From positions 1 through 62,311 of the forward strand of contig RDNZ01000014.1 in assembly GCA_011364905.1 (NCBI GenBank): a stretch of 62,311 nucleotides of DNA, given 5' to 3'. Positions 18,591 through 28,580 of the stretch are shown here, one piece after another. Numbering within the stretch: position 1 is the stretch's first letter; each line of letters begins with the position of its first letter. The notes beneath the pieces were generated by a model. It did not search any database. It was not told the origin of the DNA and saw nothing but the letters and a program-made list of their open reading frames with translations. This stretch comes from Candidatus Thorarchaeota archaeon (lineage in GTDB: Archaea; Asgardarchaeota; Thorarchaeia; Thorarchaeales; Thorarchaeaceae). Position numbers and translations under genes: made by a program.

Positions 18591-18639
18591 CCCTGAGGAT
18601 GGTGGGGAGAAATTCACGGATCCTCAGGGACTCCTTTTT
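18591..18639 (+). terminator. 10-bp stem-loop with GGTGGGGA in the loop, plus T-tract
   Basis: CCCTGAGGAT (18591-18600) pairs with ATCCTCAGGG (18620-18629), then CTCCTTTTT. Confidence 0.6.
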
Positions 18640-18713
18640 GTCTAAGAACTTCTTTCCAGTCTTCTCTTTGTTTTGCAACTTGACACTCTTTTGAGTTGAT
18701 GCAATTAGAAATC

Positions 18714-19886
18714 CTAGAAGAATCCAAACATCTGCCACAGTGGTGGGATGCAAATCACTAATATGACCATCGCAAGAACAAAAACAACAACCCTCCCTTT
18801 TGAAACCTTTACTGTGTCATTGAGAGGGCCTGGGTGGCCGCCTCCAGCTGATATAGCAAGAATCAAGATTGCCATCAGATAATATCCTACGAGAAGCATG
18901 ATTATTAATGCGACCCAGCCAATCTGTTTATGCCATCTTGGACCAACAACTGCTCTGAGGGCATGTCCACCATCGAGCTGAGCGATTGGGAACAGATTCA
19001 ATGCTGTAACAAGCATACCAACCCACGCAGCAAAGGCTATGGGATGCATGTAAAGCGTACCACCTGCGGGGACCATATTTGAAAATAGAAAGCCAACCAG
19101 TGTAAAGAGGAGTGGGGTGGCTAGTTCTCCAGACTGGCCTGGAAATGTTTGATCGATTGCCGCCAGCTGTTGAGCTGTAACAGGAACTGACATCAGATAC
19201 CCGATAAAGAGGACAACCATTGTAACAGCAAATCCAGCGAGAGGTCCAGCAAGACCCATATCAATGAGCTCCTCGCGATTGTTGGGTGGGCTTTTCTGCG
19301 AGATAAAGGCACCAAATGTGCCACCTATTTGTGGTAGGCCTGGGATGAAGTACGGAAGAGACGCCTCAATGCCTTTCCGTTTACACATTAAGTAATGGCC
19401 CATTTCATGTGTGAAAATTATGCCCATGAGAGCAATAATGAAGGTAATCGTTACAAAAGCTATGTCAAGATACGTCCAACCTTGAGGATAGAATAATGTA
19501 AGAAAGATGGGACTTGTCGCTTGAAGAAGACCTCCAATTGCGATTGTCGCCAGTGTGGTGATAAACAGTGCGTAATTGATTTTTGGATTACTAGGCCCTG
19601 GTCTTTGGATGGGAACAAAACGGATGAAGTATTCGCTAGCTGCTTTGTTTCTCCATCGAACAAGAGGCCAGACTTTCAGAGGTTTTGTCAAATCTGTGAG
19701 TTCTTTGAAGACTTCATCTTGTCGCTCATTTGTTTGCACGGCGCCTTCCGGCCAACGTACAATGAAGGTAGGCATACCGAATTCAAGAACACTTGTGACA
19801 ATCTCAAAATGAAGTGTTAGGATGTCGTTCAGCTCAGCAAATGTGGGATAAGTTATCACACTTGATGGTCCATCACCGAAGGCCAC
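18714..19886 (-). CDS. Site-2 protease (M50) family intramembrane metalloprotease
   Basis: HEMGH, GTFGAFI, AGPLAG, NLFPIAQLDGGH. Confidence 0.93.
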   Translation of the reverse strand: MAFGDGPSSVITYPTFAELNDILTLHFEIVTSVLEFGMPTFIVRWPEGAVQTNERQDEVFKELTDLTKPLKVWPLVRWRNKAASEYFIRFVPIQRPGPSNPKINYALFITTLATIAIGGLLQATSPIFLTLFYPQGWTYLDIAFVTITFIIALMGIIFTHEMGHYLMCKRKGIEASLPYFIPGLPQIGGTFGAFISQKSPPNNREELIDMGLAGPLAGFAVTMVVLFIGYLMSVPVTAQQLAAIDQTFPGQSGELATPLLFTLVGFLFSNMVPAGGTLYMHPIAFAAWVGMLVTALNLFPIAQLDGGHALRAVVGPRWHKQIGWVALIIMLLVGYYLMAILILAISAGGGHPGPLNDTVKVSKGRVVVFVLAMVILVICIPPLWQMFGFF

Positions 19887-20123
19887 TATACTCGTATCTC
19901 CGCTTGTCTGGTTAGAGAGTTACACAAAGGTGAATCATTTAAGAATATCCGCTGAGGCATACCGATAATCCAGAGCTTCAAATAGTTCGCAAAATCATAG
20001 TCACTGTGTATAACCTCAAGAAGATTCATGGGTTTTGTTACAGACGCAATGGCTTTGTTGCGAAGCTGAGTCTGGCTCAAGAATTCCGATGGAAACAGAC
20101 TCCCTTATCTCAATGCTACATCT

Positions 20124-20963
20124 TCATCCATAGAAATCAAACCAATACTTGAGAGTCCTCTCAGCGTAATGCTCGGAGCCATTCTTGATGTATTCCGGAA
20201 TCATATCCTCATCCATGAACTCCTTGACGGTGATGCCTGTCGTAATAGCATCTTCTACATTTGCCCGCAAGTCCATTAGAGCCTGAATATATGCTTCAAC
20301 TTCATCAGAGCCACAAACTGGACCATGGCCGGGGATTATTGTCTCAAGTCCCAACTCTTGAACCTCCTCCAATGCCATAATCCATCTATCGGGGTCACAG
20401 GTTGGATCCCCAGCGTACGGGAACCGCCCGCTAAAGATGAGGTCGCCAATGAAAATAGAGTTGTGGGGGTGCGATATTATGGTAGAAGAACCTGCAGTGT
20501 GACCACCCAACAGTTTGACTGATACTTCCTCATTGTTGCCAAGAACGAGATGAGTTCGAAAAACAGTATCGGGTAGACGAATGGAGAGACCTTGAATCGC
20601 TTCCCACAATTCCGGTCGTTCATTCTTCACTGTGTAAAAGCTCTTTTTCAGGTTATCAACAGACCAATCACTTTTCAGATTCCTCTCGCACTGATCACGC
20701 ATGGGTGCTGATCCAATAAGACTAACTGGCTCAAAGGCTTGTGCTCCAAAAACATGATCCCTGTGAGAGTGAGTGAAAACAAGTTTCAGAATCGGCTTTT
20801 TTGTTTCAGCTTCGAGAAATGCTCTCGCTTCACGACTTTGAGGATGTATCATGCCAGAATCGATCATGATGACTTCATCCTCGAGAACGATCGCACCAAA
20901 GTTCCCTCCATTTTTCCCGTCAGTGTCAGCATAGAGTCCATCAGCGAGTTTGTGGAGAGTCAT
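20124..20963 (-). CDS. MBL-fold metallo-hydrolase (cyclase/glyoxalase II-like)
   Basis: THSHRDH, GHT, GD, IPGHG. Confidence 0.9.
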   Translation of the reverse strand: MTLHKLADGLYADTDGKNGGNFGAIVLEDEVIMIDSGMIHPQSREARAFLEAETKKPILKLVFTHSHRDHVFGAQAFEPVSLIGSAPMRDQCERNLKSDWSVDNLKKSFYTVKNERPELWEAIQGLSIRLPDTVFRTHLVLGNNEEVSVKLLGGHTAGSSTIISHPHNSIFIGDLIFSGRFPYAGDPTCDPDRWIMALEEVQELGLETIIPGHGPVCGSDEVEAYIQALMDLRANVEDAITTGITVKEFMDEDMIPEYIKNGSEHYAERTLKYWFDFYG

Positions 20964-21008
20964 ATTTCTATAGTGTCTAATCTTCCAGATATAGTTGCTT
21001 ACTAAAAA

Positions 21009-21656
21009 CTAGGTTTCCATGGTGCGGATGATGCCTTCAAGGGCACCTTCTGGACCTTTGAAAACACGAACCCGAAAACCAACATCAAGTCTCTCTGCAA
21101 TGCCTCGGCATGCCTCAATGTCCACGCCGGGAATATCGACAGCTGATAATTCAACTTTCATAGACTTTTTGCACTCCTCCGCAAATTCCAGAATTGCCTC
21201 AAAGGCAGCCCGGCCAAACTTAGGCTTGCAAAGTCGAAGATACGTGTCAGGATCTTGGGCATTGAGAGAGATTTGGATGCGAGCAAGACCAGCTTCTGCG
21301 AGTTCATCAGCGACATTGCGGGTTGGATAAAGAAGGTGTGCTTGACCATCTGTATTTAGTCGCACCGGGACATTGGTCAGTTCTTTAAGTCTTCTAATTG
21401 CCGCGAGAACTGCGTCAAGATTGAGCAATGGTTCTCCGAATCCCACGATTGCTATGTCATCATAACGTGATGTCCATGTTTTGTCTATGGCTTCAACGAG
21501 TTCTTCTGGGGTTGGGTCCTCATCCAGTAGGAGATTAAAACCGAAAACACCATCGCCAAATTGCCGCACACAAAACAAGCAGTCGTTCACACACTGTGAG
21601 CTGGGATTGATGTAGAAGCTACTCCCGCGCCAATATGTCAGATTGCCTTTTGACAT
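21009..21656 (-). CDS. Radical SAM protein, TatD-associated type
   Basis: CVNDCLFC, GFGEP, RLNTDG, ISLNA. Confidence 0.85.
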   Translation of the reverse strand: MSKGNLTYWRGSSFYINPSSQCVNDCLFCVRQFGDGVFGFNLLLDEDPTPEELVEAIDKTWTSRYDDIAIVGFGEPLLNLDAVLAAIRRLKELTNVPVRLNTDGQAHLLYPTRNVADELAEAGLARIQISLNAQDPDTYLRLCKPKFGRAAFEAILEFAEECKKSMKVELSAVDIPGVDIEACRGIAERLDVGFRVRVFKGPEGALEGIIRTMET

Positions 21657-21981
21657 CAGGACAACACATCGTTCAATGATGCAGTATACTCACGAATTCT
21701 TCAGATTTTCATGCATTTAACCGTCTCTAATTGATTTCCAATTTCCTCTGAGAAAGATATTCGAAGATAGTGCAAACAATTCTGTCGTCAGCCCATAATG
21801 TAAGTGGTAGGTAGTCGAAAAAAAGACACGCTTCTCACTGTTGCAGTCATCACTGGAAACCTGCAGCTGGTCAGAGATACGAGTCGATTCTGAATATGCT
21901 TTCAGCTCTTGTTCAGTGACATATACAAGGATTTAATGTGCTTAAGGTGCAAAGGAACAATAGTTAATGAGAGTGCAACGA

Positions 21982-22326
21982 ATGGCCAAATCAAGAGAAG
22001 AACTTGCTTCACTCAAGTGTGTTCCATGCAGAGGAGACCAGCCACTTATGAAGCAGGACGAAATCAAACTAATGCTAGGTTCTGTTTCAGGTTGGACGAA
22101 ATCGGCAGGAAAGATAGACAAGATAGAGAAGGTATTCAAATTCAAGAATTTCAAGAAAGCTATGGAATTCGTGAACAAGGTCGCAGAAATTGCAGAAGAG
22201 GAAGGACACCATCCAGATATCCTCATTGAGTGGAATAAGGTGACGCTTACGCTCTATACTCACGCAATCAAAGGCTTGTTTCAGAATGATTTCATCCTAG
22301 CAGCAAAGATCGATGAAATACAGTAA
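21982..22326 (+). CDS. Pterin-4a-carbinolamine dehydratase
   Basis: CVPC N-terminus, FKNF, AEEEGHHPDI, THAIKGL, NDFILAAKID. Confidence 0.93.
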   Translation: MAKSREELASLKCVPCRGDQPLMKQDEIKLMLGSVSGWTKSAGKIDKIEKVFKFKNFKKAMEFVNKVAEIAEEEGHHPDILIEWNKVTLTLYTHAIKGLFQNDFILAAKIDEIQ

Positions 22327-22330
22327 GTTC

Positions 22331-24034
22331 CTATTTAGATGACTGTTTGATCATGTAGACGATAACACCACTCAAACCCATTGCTATTAGAATACCAGTA
22401 GCTATACTCACTGTAAGGAAATTCAATGGAAATGCCCACAGCAAAGTGAGAACTGCTGTGACTAATGTCATCAATACTGCCACAACTATTCCATACCGGA
22501 TTACCTCTCCCTCAATGCCTATTTCATCAATCACTGCAGCAGCATTCTGAATCTTTGCAGGGCTGAGAACACTTGCGAGACCTCCGCCGATTCCATTTGA
22601 TGCAGCAACATGAATTGCGCTTGCTCCGATTAGGTTACTTGTTTCAACATGATATTTCGTGAACATGGCAATTGCAGATGTTTCAGAGCCAGAAATGAAT
22701 CCCCCAAGCAATCCCATGAAAGGGGCAAGAAGCGGGTAAAAAAGGCCAATTCCAGCAGTCAGTGATGCCAGAAGGTAGATCATATTGTTTGTGGGATTGA
22801 TTCCATTAGCTAAGTCAGTTGGATTAAGCCAATTACCGCCTGAACCAACGACCCAACCACTGAAGTTCATCACATCAGCCATTGCAAAGAAGATTGCAGC
22901 TGCTAGAACTGGTCTGGGGGCCCTCTTCAAAAAGCTGGAAAATGTACGTTTCAATACATCTCTATCTGTCTTAAGGAATGGCATCGACACGATGGTCGAT
23001 ATGAGCATCAGGGTGTAAGCCTGCCATAGAAAACGGGTAGCAATCGGACTAGGGTACGCACCTATTTGTAGAGGGAAAGCAAGATCAACAAACAGAAAGT
23101 GGAAAATCTGTGGAATCATATTGGTGACAATGCTCAGGACCACTAAGACCACCCAAGGAATACTTGCTCTGTAGATACTCATATAGTTCTCAACAGCGAC
23201 ATCTTTGTCGTCGAGTGTACTTCTATCAAGTAGTGGTTTTCTACGTATTTTGTTGAAAACAAAAAGGACAAGCAGGACAGCAGCTCCAGCAAAAACATCG
23301 GTCAAGGTAGTAAGCGGTAGAAGTACATTGCAGACAATAGCCATAATACCTGCAGTGAGGCCACATATTCCAGCTAATGCAAGTCCTTCTCGACTCAATA
23401 GGAGTTTTCGGCCTCCAGCAATCCAGAGCATGGAAACCGCTATCCCAATACTGACCAGTGGCATGAACCAAGCAAAGACTGCACCTGCTTGCTGAAGAGA
23501 GACAGTTGTTCCCCAAGCGCTATACTCACCTGCAAATACAACCGCAGGAACTCCAAGTAGCGCGAATGTTGTAAGTGGATCATAACCAATTGAGGGAAGT
23601 GCGACTGCAACCATAGGTGAGAATCCAAGAGCCAACATGACTGGAGGTAACATTGACACTGGAGTTGCGCCAATTCCAACCAAGAAGAGACCAAGTCCGA
23701 AGCTAATCATGAGAATCTGCATGGGTCGACTTCCACCTCCAAGTGTCTTGAAGAAGACAATCAATCTTTGGAGGGCTCCAGTTTCTTGCATATAGGTCAT
23801 CATCAATATCGACGTGGCAACCATCAGAGAAATTGGAAATGACTTCACTATACCTGCAACACTCGCAGTTAGCGCTATGCCAATGTCGGTCTGAAAAGCC
23901 ACAATAGCAATGATGAGCGTAACAAACCAGACTATAACACCGGTGATGTCAGCAGCTTTTTTCAAAAAAACGAGAAGCACAAGAGCTAATGCTATTGGGA
24001 ATATGATTAGAAAGAAACCTAGTAATGCATCCAT
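22331..24034 (-). CDS. L-lactate permease family transporter
   Basis: Polytopic membrane protein; GGFISGSETSA, SPAKI motifs. Confidence 0.8.
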   Translation of the reverse strand: MDALLGFFLIIFPIALALVLLVFLKKAADITGVIVWFVTLIIAIVAFQTDIGIALTASVAGIVKSFPISLMVATSILMMTYMQETGALQRLIVFFKTLGGGSRPMQILMISFGLGLFLVGIGATPVSMLPPVMLALGFSPMVAVALPSIGYDPLTTFALLGVPAVVFAGEYSAWGTTVSLQQAGAVFAWFMPLVSIGIAVSMLWIAGGRKLLLSREGLALAGICGLTAGIMAIVCNVLLPLTTLTDVFAGAAVLLVLFVFNKIRRKPLLDRSTLDDKDVAVENYMSIYRASIPWVVLVVLSIVTNMIPQIFHFLFVDLAFPLQIGAYPSPIATRFLWQAYTLMLISTIVSMPFLKTDRDVLKRTFSSFLKRAPRPVLAAAIFFAMADVMNFSGWVVGSGGNWLNPTDLANGINPTNNMIYLLASLTAGIGLFYPLLAPFMGLLGGFISGSETSAIAMFTKYHVETSNLIGASAIHVAASNGIGGGLASVLSPAKIQNAAAVIDEIGIEGEVIRYGIVVAVLMTLVTAVLTLLWAFPLNFLTVSIATGILIAMGLSGVIVYMIKQSSK

Positions 24035-24037
24035 GAA

Positions 24038-25033
24038 TCAAGACCTCCTTTCGAGATAACCATTTTCGAAATACCAATCAATAGCTCGCTGAAATCCTTC
24101 AACCATGGTAACCTTTGGTTCCCAACCAAGCAACCGTTTTGCTTTCTCGTTCGAATAAACGCGATTCTGATGCATCATGTCAACAGACGCGCCATGCCAG
24201 AAGAAGGTCATTCTTTTTCGGTTTTTGAAGGGACTCAGCAAAGCCATTCCGAACTTCGCAACAGCTGAAGGGACACGGAGCTTAGGAGGTTTCACACCGA
24301 GACGCTCAGTCGTTATTTCTACAAACTCTTCCCAGCTCATAGGTTCATCAGGACAAAGTATGAAAGTGTTGTTCAGTGAACCCATTGGGGTGAGCGCAGC
24401 GGCAAAACCAGCCGCGACATCATCTATATACGTATACATGAATTCAGAGCTTAGATCGCGTGGTAAGGCGAAGACCTTGCCATTGCATAACTCTGTAACA
24501 ACCTCATACATGACATATAGGTCACCTTCTCCCATTACACCAGTGGGACGAATAATGATGTGAGCAAGCCCGGTTTCATCTGTGATATCGCGAATTGCTT
24601 TTTCAGCAAGGATTTTACTCTCACCATAACTGAAGACTGGTCTAAGCTCAGTGTCCTCGGTTCCTGGTGGAAACCTGACTGGGCCTATCGTTTCTGTCGA
24701 GGAGCAATAGATGAACCTCTCAACATCGGTCCCAACACAGGCATTCATGAGGTTGGTTGTACCTTCAACATTCACCTTGAACATTAAGGATTCATCGCTC
24801 GGATAGAAATTAAAATATGCAGCAAAGTGAATAACAGCGCTAACACCTTGGACCGCGGATTTGAGACTCGAGGTATCGAATAGGTCTGCTTCTCTGATTT
24901 CTACTTCTTTAGGGAGTCCTTCTCTATTGCTTGTTTCTCTAACGAGAGCAACAACCTGATGACCAGCCTCTAAGATCTTGGCGATTGTATAGCTACCAAG
25001 AAAACCAGAACCGCCCGTGACCAGCACTTTCAA
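24038..25033 (-). CDS. NAD-dependent epimerase/dehydratase (extended SDR)
   Basis: TGGSGFLG, YGESK, IRPTGVMG. Confidence 0.9.
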   Translation of the reverse strand: MKVLVTGGSGFLGSYTIAKILEAGHQVVALVRETSNREGLPKEVEIREADLFDTSSLKSAVQGVSAVIHFAAYFNFYPSDESLMFKVNVEGTTNLMNACVGTDVERFIYCSSTETIGPVRFPPGTEDTELRPVFSYGESKILAEKAIRDITDETGLAHIIIRPTGVMGEGDLYVMYEVVTELCNGKVFALPRDLSSEFMYTYIDDVAAGFAAALTPMGSLNNTFILCPDEPMSWEEFVEITTERLGVKPPKLRVPSAVAKFGMALLSPFKNRKRMTFFWHGASVDMMHQNRVYSNEKAKRLLGWEPKVTMVEGFQRAIDWYFENGYLERRS

Positions 25034-25153
25034 CGCGACTCACCTTGACCCTCCCCTCAGTTATTCCATCATTTATCTGTATCCCAACATCTCAGCTAAA
25101 AGTAATATCTGTTCACGTAGATTAGTAGTCAGAGTGTTTGGGTGTAGGAGATC

Positions 25154-26341
25154 TTGGTTCGAGAAACTCGCAATAGTAAAGCCTCGTCTGATATGTCGCC
25201 ATCAGAAGACACACCAGCAGGTTGGTTCAGGAGAGGCTGTTCTCTTGCTATGAATGGCAAACCAAACGAAGCTGAAAGAGCACTCAAGATTGCAGTCGAT
25301 ATGCAAGAAGTGTATCCCCTTGCTTGGGCGATTTTGGCAGCTCTTCTTCTTTCTCAAGGGCGAGAAACAGATGCCGAAAAGACGGGAAAGGTTGCTTTGG
25401 AGCAATGCAAGGACCTCAAGATGACTTGGCCAAAACTCAGAAGTATCATGCATAGCCACGCTATCATAAAACGCAAAGACTGGAAAAGCCCAAGCAGAAT
25501 CAAGATTGATGCAGCAGAGGATACAGAGTGGGGTTCAATTCTTGCAAAGTTGAATGCAATTAGTAACGATTCGCTTGATACTATCGATCATACTGAGGAG
25601 GACGCTCTGGTCAAGCAAGATGAAAAGGGAACTGAGCCTGTTCCGAGCGAGGACCAATCACAAGTAAGAACAAAGCGTAAAGAAGCAGGAAACCTTGGCA
25701 AGACACAGGCTGATGATGCAAATGCAGAAGTGTGGATTGAAGCAGCCAACGCACATTTTATCGCAGGAAGATTTCGAGACTCCGAGTCCGCATACCGTAA
25801 GGTATTATCCATCGATCCGAAGAATGGCAGAGCACAGCTTCGGATAGGCATTCTCCTGATGAAACGAGAGGAGCTTGGGAAAGCTGAGAATGCGCTTAGA
25901 CTCGCTACAAAGTACATTCCGGATAATGATGACGCTTGGCTGCAGTTGGGTATCTGTCTGGAGAAAGAGAAGAAATTCGACGAATCCACCTATTTCCTGA
26001 AGACCGCTACTACGAAGAATCCAAGAAACGTGGAAGCATGGGTCAAGCTAGGCAAATCAGACTTTTCCAGAAGTCTTTATGAAGAAGCCGCACGGAGCTT
26101 CCTCAGGGCTCTAAGAATTCAGCCAGCTCATGAACAAGCGTTATTCTACCTAGGTCGCTGCATGGAGTATCGGGGTAATAAAAATCATGCACTGCGAGTT
26201 TATAGAAAACTACTGAGTCTTAAACCAGAAGATCCAGAGATACTCGAAGAACTTGCGAAATCGTTCCACAGACTCGGTGAAACGCAGTCTGCAAACAGGG
26301 CCAAGGGATTAGCGGCTGCCCAGCGCAGGTCAATAAAGTGA
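25154..26341 (+). CDS. Tetratricopeptide repeat protein
   Basis: N-terminal TPR pair and a C-terminal TPR array (AEVWIEAA, DDAWLQLG, VEAWVKLG, EQALFYLG). Confidence 0.88.
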   Translation: MVRETRNSKASSDMSPSEDTPAGWFRRGCSLAMNGKPNEAERALKIAVDMQEVYPLAWAILAALLLSQGRETDAEKTGKVALEQCKDLKMTWPKLRSIMHSHAIIKRKDWKSPSRIKIDAAEDTEWGSILAKLNAISNDSLDTIDHTEEDALVKQDEKGTEPVPSEDQSQVRTKRKEAGNLGKTQADDANAEVWIEAANAHFIAGRFRDSESAYRKVLSIDPKNGRAQLRIGILLMKREELGKAENALRLATKYIPDNDDAWLQLGICLEKEKKFDESTYFLKTATTKNPRNVEAWVKLGKSDFSRSLYEEAARSFLRALRIQPAHEQALFYLGRCMEYRGNKNHALRVYRKLLSLKPEDPEILEELAKSFHRLGETQSANRAKGLAAAQRRSIK

Positions 26342-26344
26342 TGG

Positions 26345-27076
26345 TCAGTCTATGAACTCATTCAACAGGGGTAGAATCTCTCCAGCTTTTCCTCTGAGAT
26401 GGCAGTCTACAATTTGGGTTAGTGCTGTCCGCTCAATATTGACCTCAATAATTCTCCCTTGTCTTTGTTTCACAATTATAGGAAAGGAAGCTGCAGGCTG
26501 AACCACAGCTGATGTTCCGACAACAATGCAAGCATCAGCCAACTGCAACTCTTCATAGACTTCTCTCATAATCATAGAGTTGAGAGACTCCCCAAACCAG
26601 ACGACATCAGGACGGAGATAGTTGTTGCACGCTGGGCATAGTGGAATGCCAGTTGTCGGTCTATCCAATCTTTCATGGTAGTCGCATGATGTACACTTCA
26701 CAGCCCATATGTCGCCATGAACCTCATACACATTCAAGGACCCAGCCTTAACATGAAGCCCATCAACGTTTTGAGTGATTAATGCCTTGAGTAATCCTTG
26801 TTTCTCCCAACCTGCCAGTGCATTATGGGCGGGATTCGGAGAACATTTACCGATAAGTTCCTGTCTCCATTGATACCACTCCCAGACAAGAGAGGGATTG
26901 CGTGCAAATGCAGATGGAGTTGCAAGTTCAGTAGCATTGTAGGTCTTCCAAAGTCCATCTTCGCCTCTAAATGTAGGCACATTGGATTCTTTCGATATTC
27001 CGGCGCCAGTAAGAGCTACGAGGTAGTTGGAACTCCCTATGATGTCAGCTGCTTCTTTGAGAAATTCCGTATCCAT
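26345..27076 (-). CDS. cobB: NAD-dependent protein deacylase, Sir2/CobB family
   Basis: TGAGISKES, FRG, TQNVDGLH, HG..CxxC..CxxC, RPDVVWFGE, GTS. Confidence 0.92.
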   Translation of the reverse strand: MDTEFLKEAADIIGSSNYLVALTGAGISKESNVPTFRGEDGLWKTYNATELATPSAFARNPSLVWEWYQWRQELIGKCSPNPAHNALAGWEKQGLLKALITQNVDGLHVKAGSLNVYEVHGDIWAVKCTSCDYHERLDRPTTGIPLCPACNNYLRPDVVWFGESLNSMIMREVYEELQLADACIVVGTSAVVQPAASFPIIVKQRQGRIIEVNIERTALTQIVDCHLRGKAGEILPLLNEFID

Positions 27077-27219
27077 TTTGAAACCCAGAAGGTCTAACAG
27101 AGTCCCTTTCTTAAGCATGTCTCCATTCTGCAGCTGAAGAACACTCGGTTAAGCCATCATGCTTATTAGGCCAAACGCCAAAGCAATATTCACTATTGTG
27201 AACAATTAAGGGATTAACG

Positions 27220-27717
27220 ATGTCTATCAGCGAGGCTAAGAAAACAAAACAGATCAAACGGAGAACGTGGATGATGCCTCAAGAGGTTGAGGTCTGGTAT
27301 GTTCTTCCTGCAATCAGAAGGGAGCTCGCCAAAGCTATGAAGACAAAGACCATTTCTAGACCAAATGAGGAGGGCGAAATGGTTGACCATAAAATCACAC
27401 AAAAAGAGATTGCTAGAATGCTGGGTGTGACTGAACCAGCCATCACACAATATCTACTAAAGAAAAAAGGACGTCGCTCCAGAGGAGACCAAGTCGTCAT
27501 CCCGGACATTATTCTGAAAGAAATAGATAAATCAGCAGACATCATGATACAAGAATTCGAGAAGGCGCGGGAAACAGATGAAGAAATCTTTGAGGACATG
27601 ACACGAGAAATAAATCGCATCATCAAAATCATGAGAGATGAAGGCATAATGTGTGATATCCACAAGGAATTCTGCGCTCATGTTGAAGATCCATGTGATG
27701 CATGCGAAACAAAATAG
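27220..27717 (+). CDS. Archaeal HTH transcriptional regulator with C-terminal Cys/His cluster
   Basis: PQEVEVWYVLPAIRRELAK, TQKEIARMLGVTEPAITQY HTH, CDIH...CDAC. Confidence 0.85.
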   Translation: MSISEAKKTKQIKRRTWMMPQEVEVWYVLPAIRRELAKAMKTKTISRPNEEGEMVDHKITQKEIARMLGVTEPAITQYLLKKKGRRSRGDQVVIPDIILKEIDKSADIMIQEFEKARETDEEIFEDMTREINRIIKIMRDEGIMCDIHKEFCAHVEDPCDACETK

Positions 27718-27791
27718 CAACATTTCTCCCTAATAGCAACCACAGAAGCTTTTATTCGTAGGTTGTACACAAGTAAACTCTAGTAGGGTGT

Positions 27792-28529
27792 TTGCAGTTG
27801 ACAGGAGAAATCAAAGTCAGCATCGAAGATGCACATGCAACTATTATGATATCACGTCCTGACAAGCTAAACTCTGTCACCAGGGACATGCTTATTGATT
27901 TTAACGAACAAGTTTCACAGATCGCCAATAATCCAAATATAAGAGTGATAATTTTCACGGGTGATGGAGACCGCGCGTTTAGCGCCGGGTTCGATCTTGA
28001 AATGATAACAGGGTTGAAGGGAAAAGAGGTAACTGACTTCTTCAAACTACTCGAAAGGACCATGCGACTCATTAGAGAGAACAGAACCTGCGTAACAATC
28101 GCATCAGTAAGTGGGTACGCAATTGGTTTTGGTGCAATGACTGCGCTTTCCTGCGATTTTCGCATATTCTCAGAAACCGCTGTCTTCAGATTGCCAGAAG
28201 TTGAGCTTGGGGTGTTCCCTGGAGCGGGAGCGGCTTCGAGTCTACTCTATCTGGTAGGACCATCTCGAGCCAAGGACATTATCATGACGAGTAGAAAAGT
28301 ATCTGCTAAAGAAGCACTAGAGATCGGATTAGCTGACATGCTTGTAAAGAAGGAAGAGCTCTCAGAGAGAACAATGGAATTTGTTCAAGCGCTACTTGGC
28401 AAAGATCCCACAATCCTCGTTCGGACGAATACTATGATTGATGGTATGACTGGAAAAGATGTAGCTGAAGCAGATGAACTTGAAACAGCATATCTTGATG
28501 AATGGCTTCGTGAGAGAGAAGAAAAATAA
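27792..28529 (+). CDS. Enoyl-CoA hydratase/isomerase family protein
   Basis: RPDKLNS, AFSAGFDL, GYAIGFG, LPEVELGVFPGAG. Confidence 0.9.
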   Translation: MQLTGEIKVSIEDAHATIMISRPDKLNSVTRDMLIDFNEQVSQIANNPNIRVIIFTGDGDRAFSAGFDLEMITGLKGKEVTDFFKLLERTMRLIRENRTCVTIASVSGYAIGFGAMTALSCDFRIFSETAVFRLPEVELGVFPGAGAASSLLYLVGPSRAKDIIMTSRKVSAKEALEIGLADMLVKKEELSERTMEFVQALLGKDPTILVRTNTMIDGMTGKDVAEADELETAYLDEWLREREEK

Positions 28530-28580
28530 CCAGCTCGAAGATCATGCGAGAAACCTAAGGTGTTTTGGGGCCGAATGTAC

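Noticed and set aside
18591-18629. Hairpin as a possible SECIS element
   Set aside because: Lacks the AUGA/GA core, and the upstream gene has no in-frame TGA
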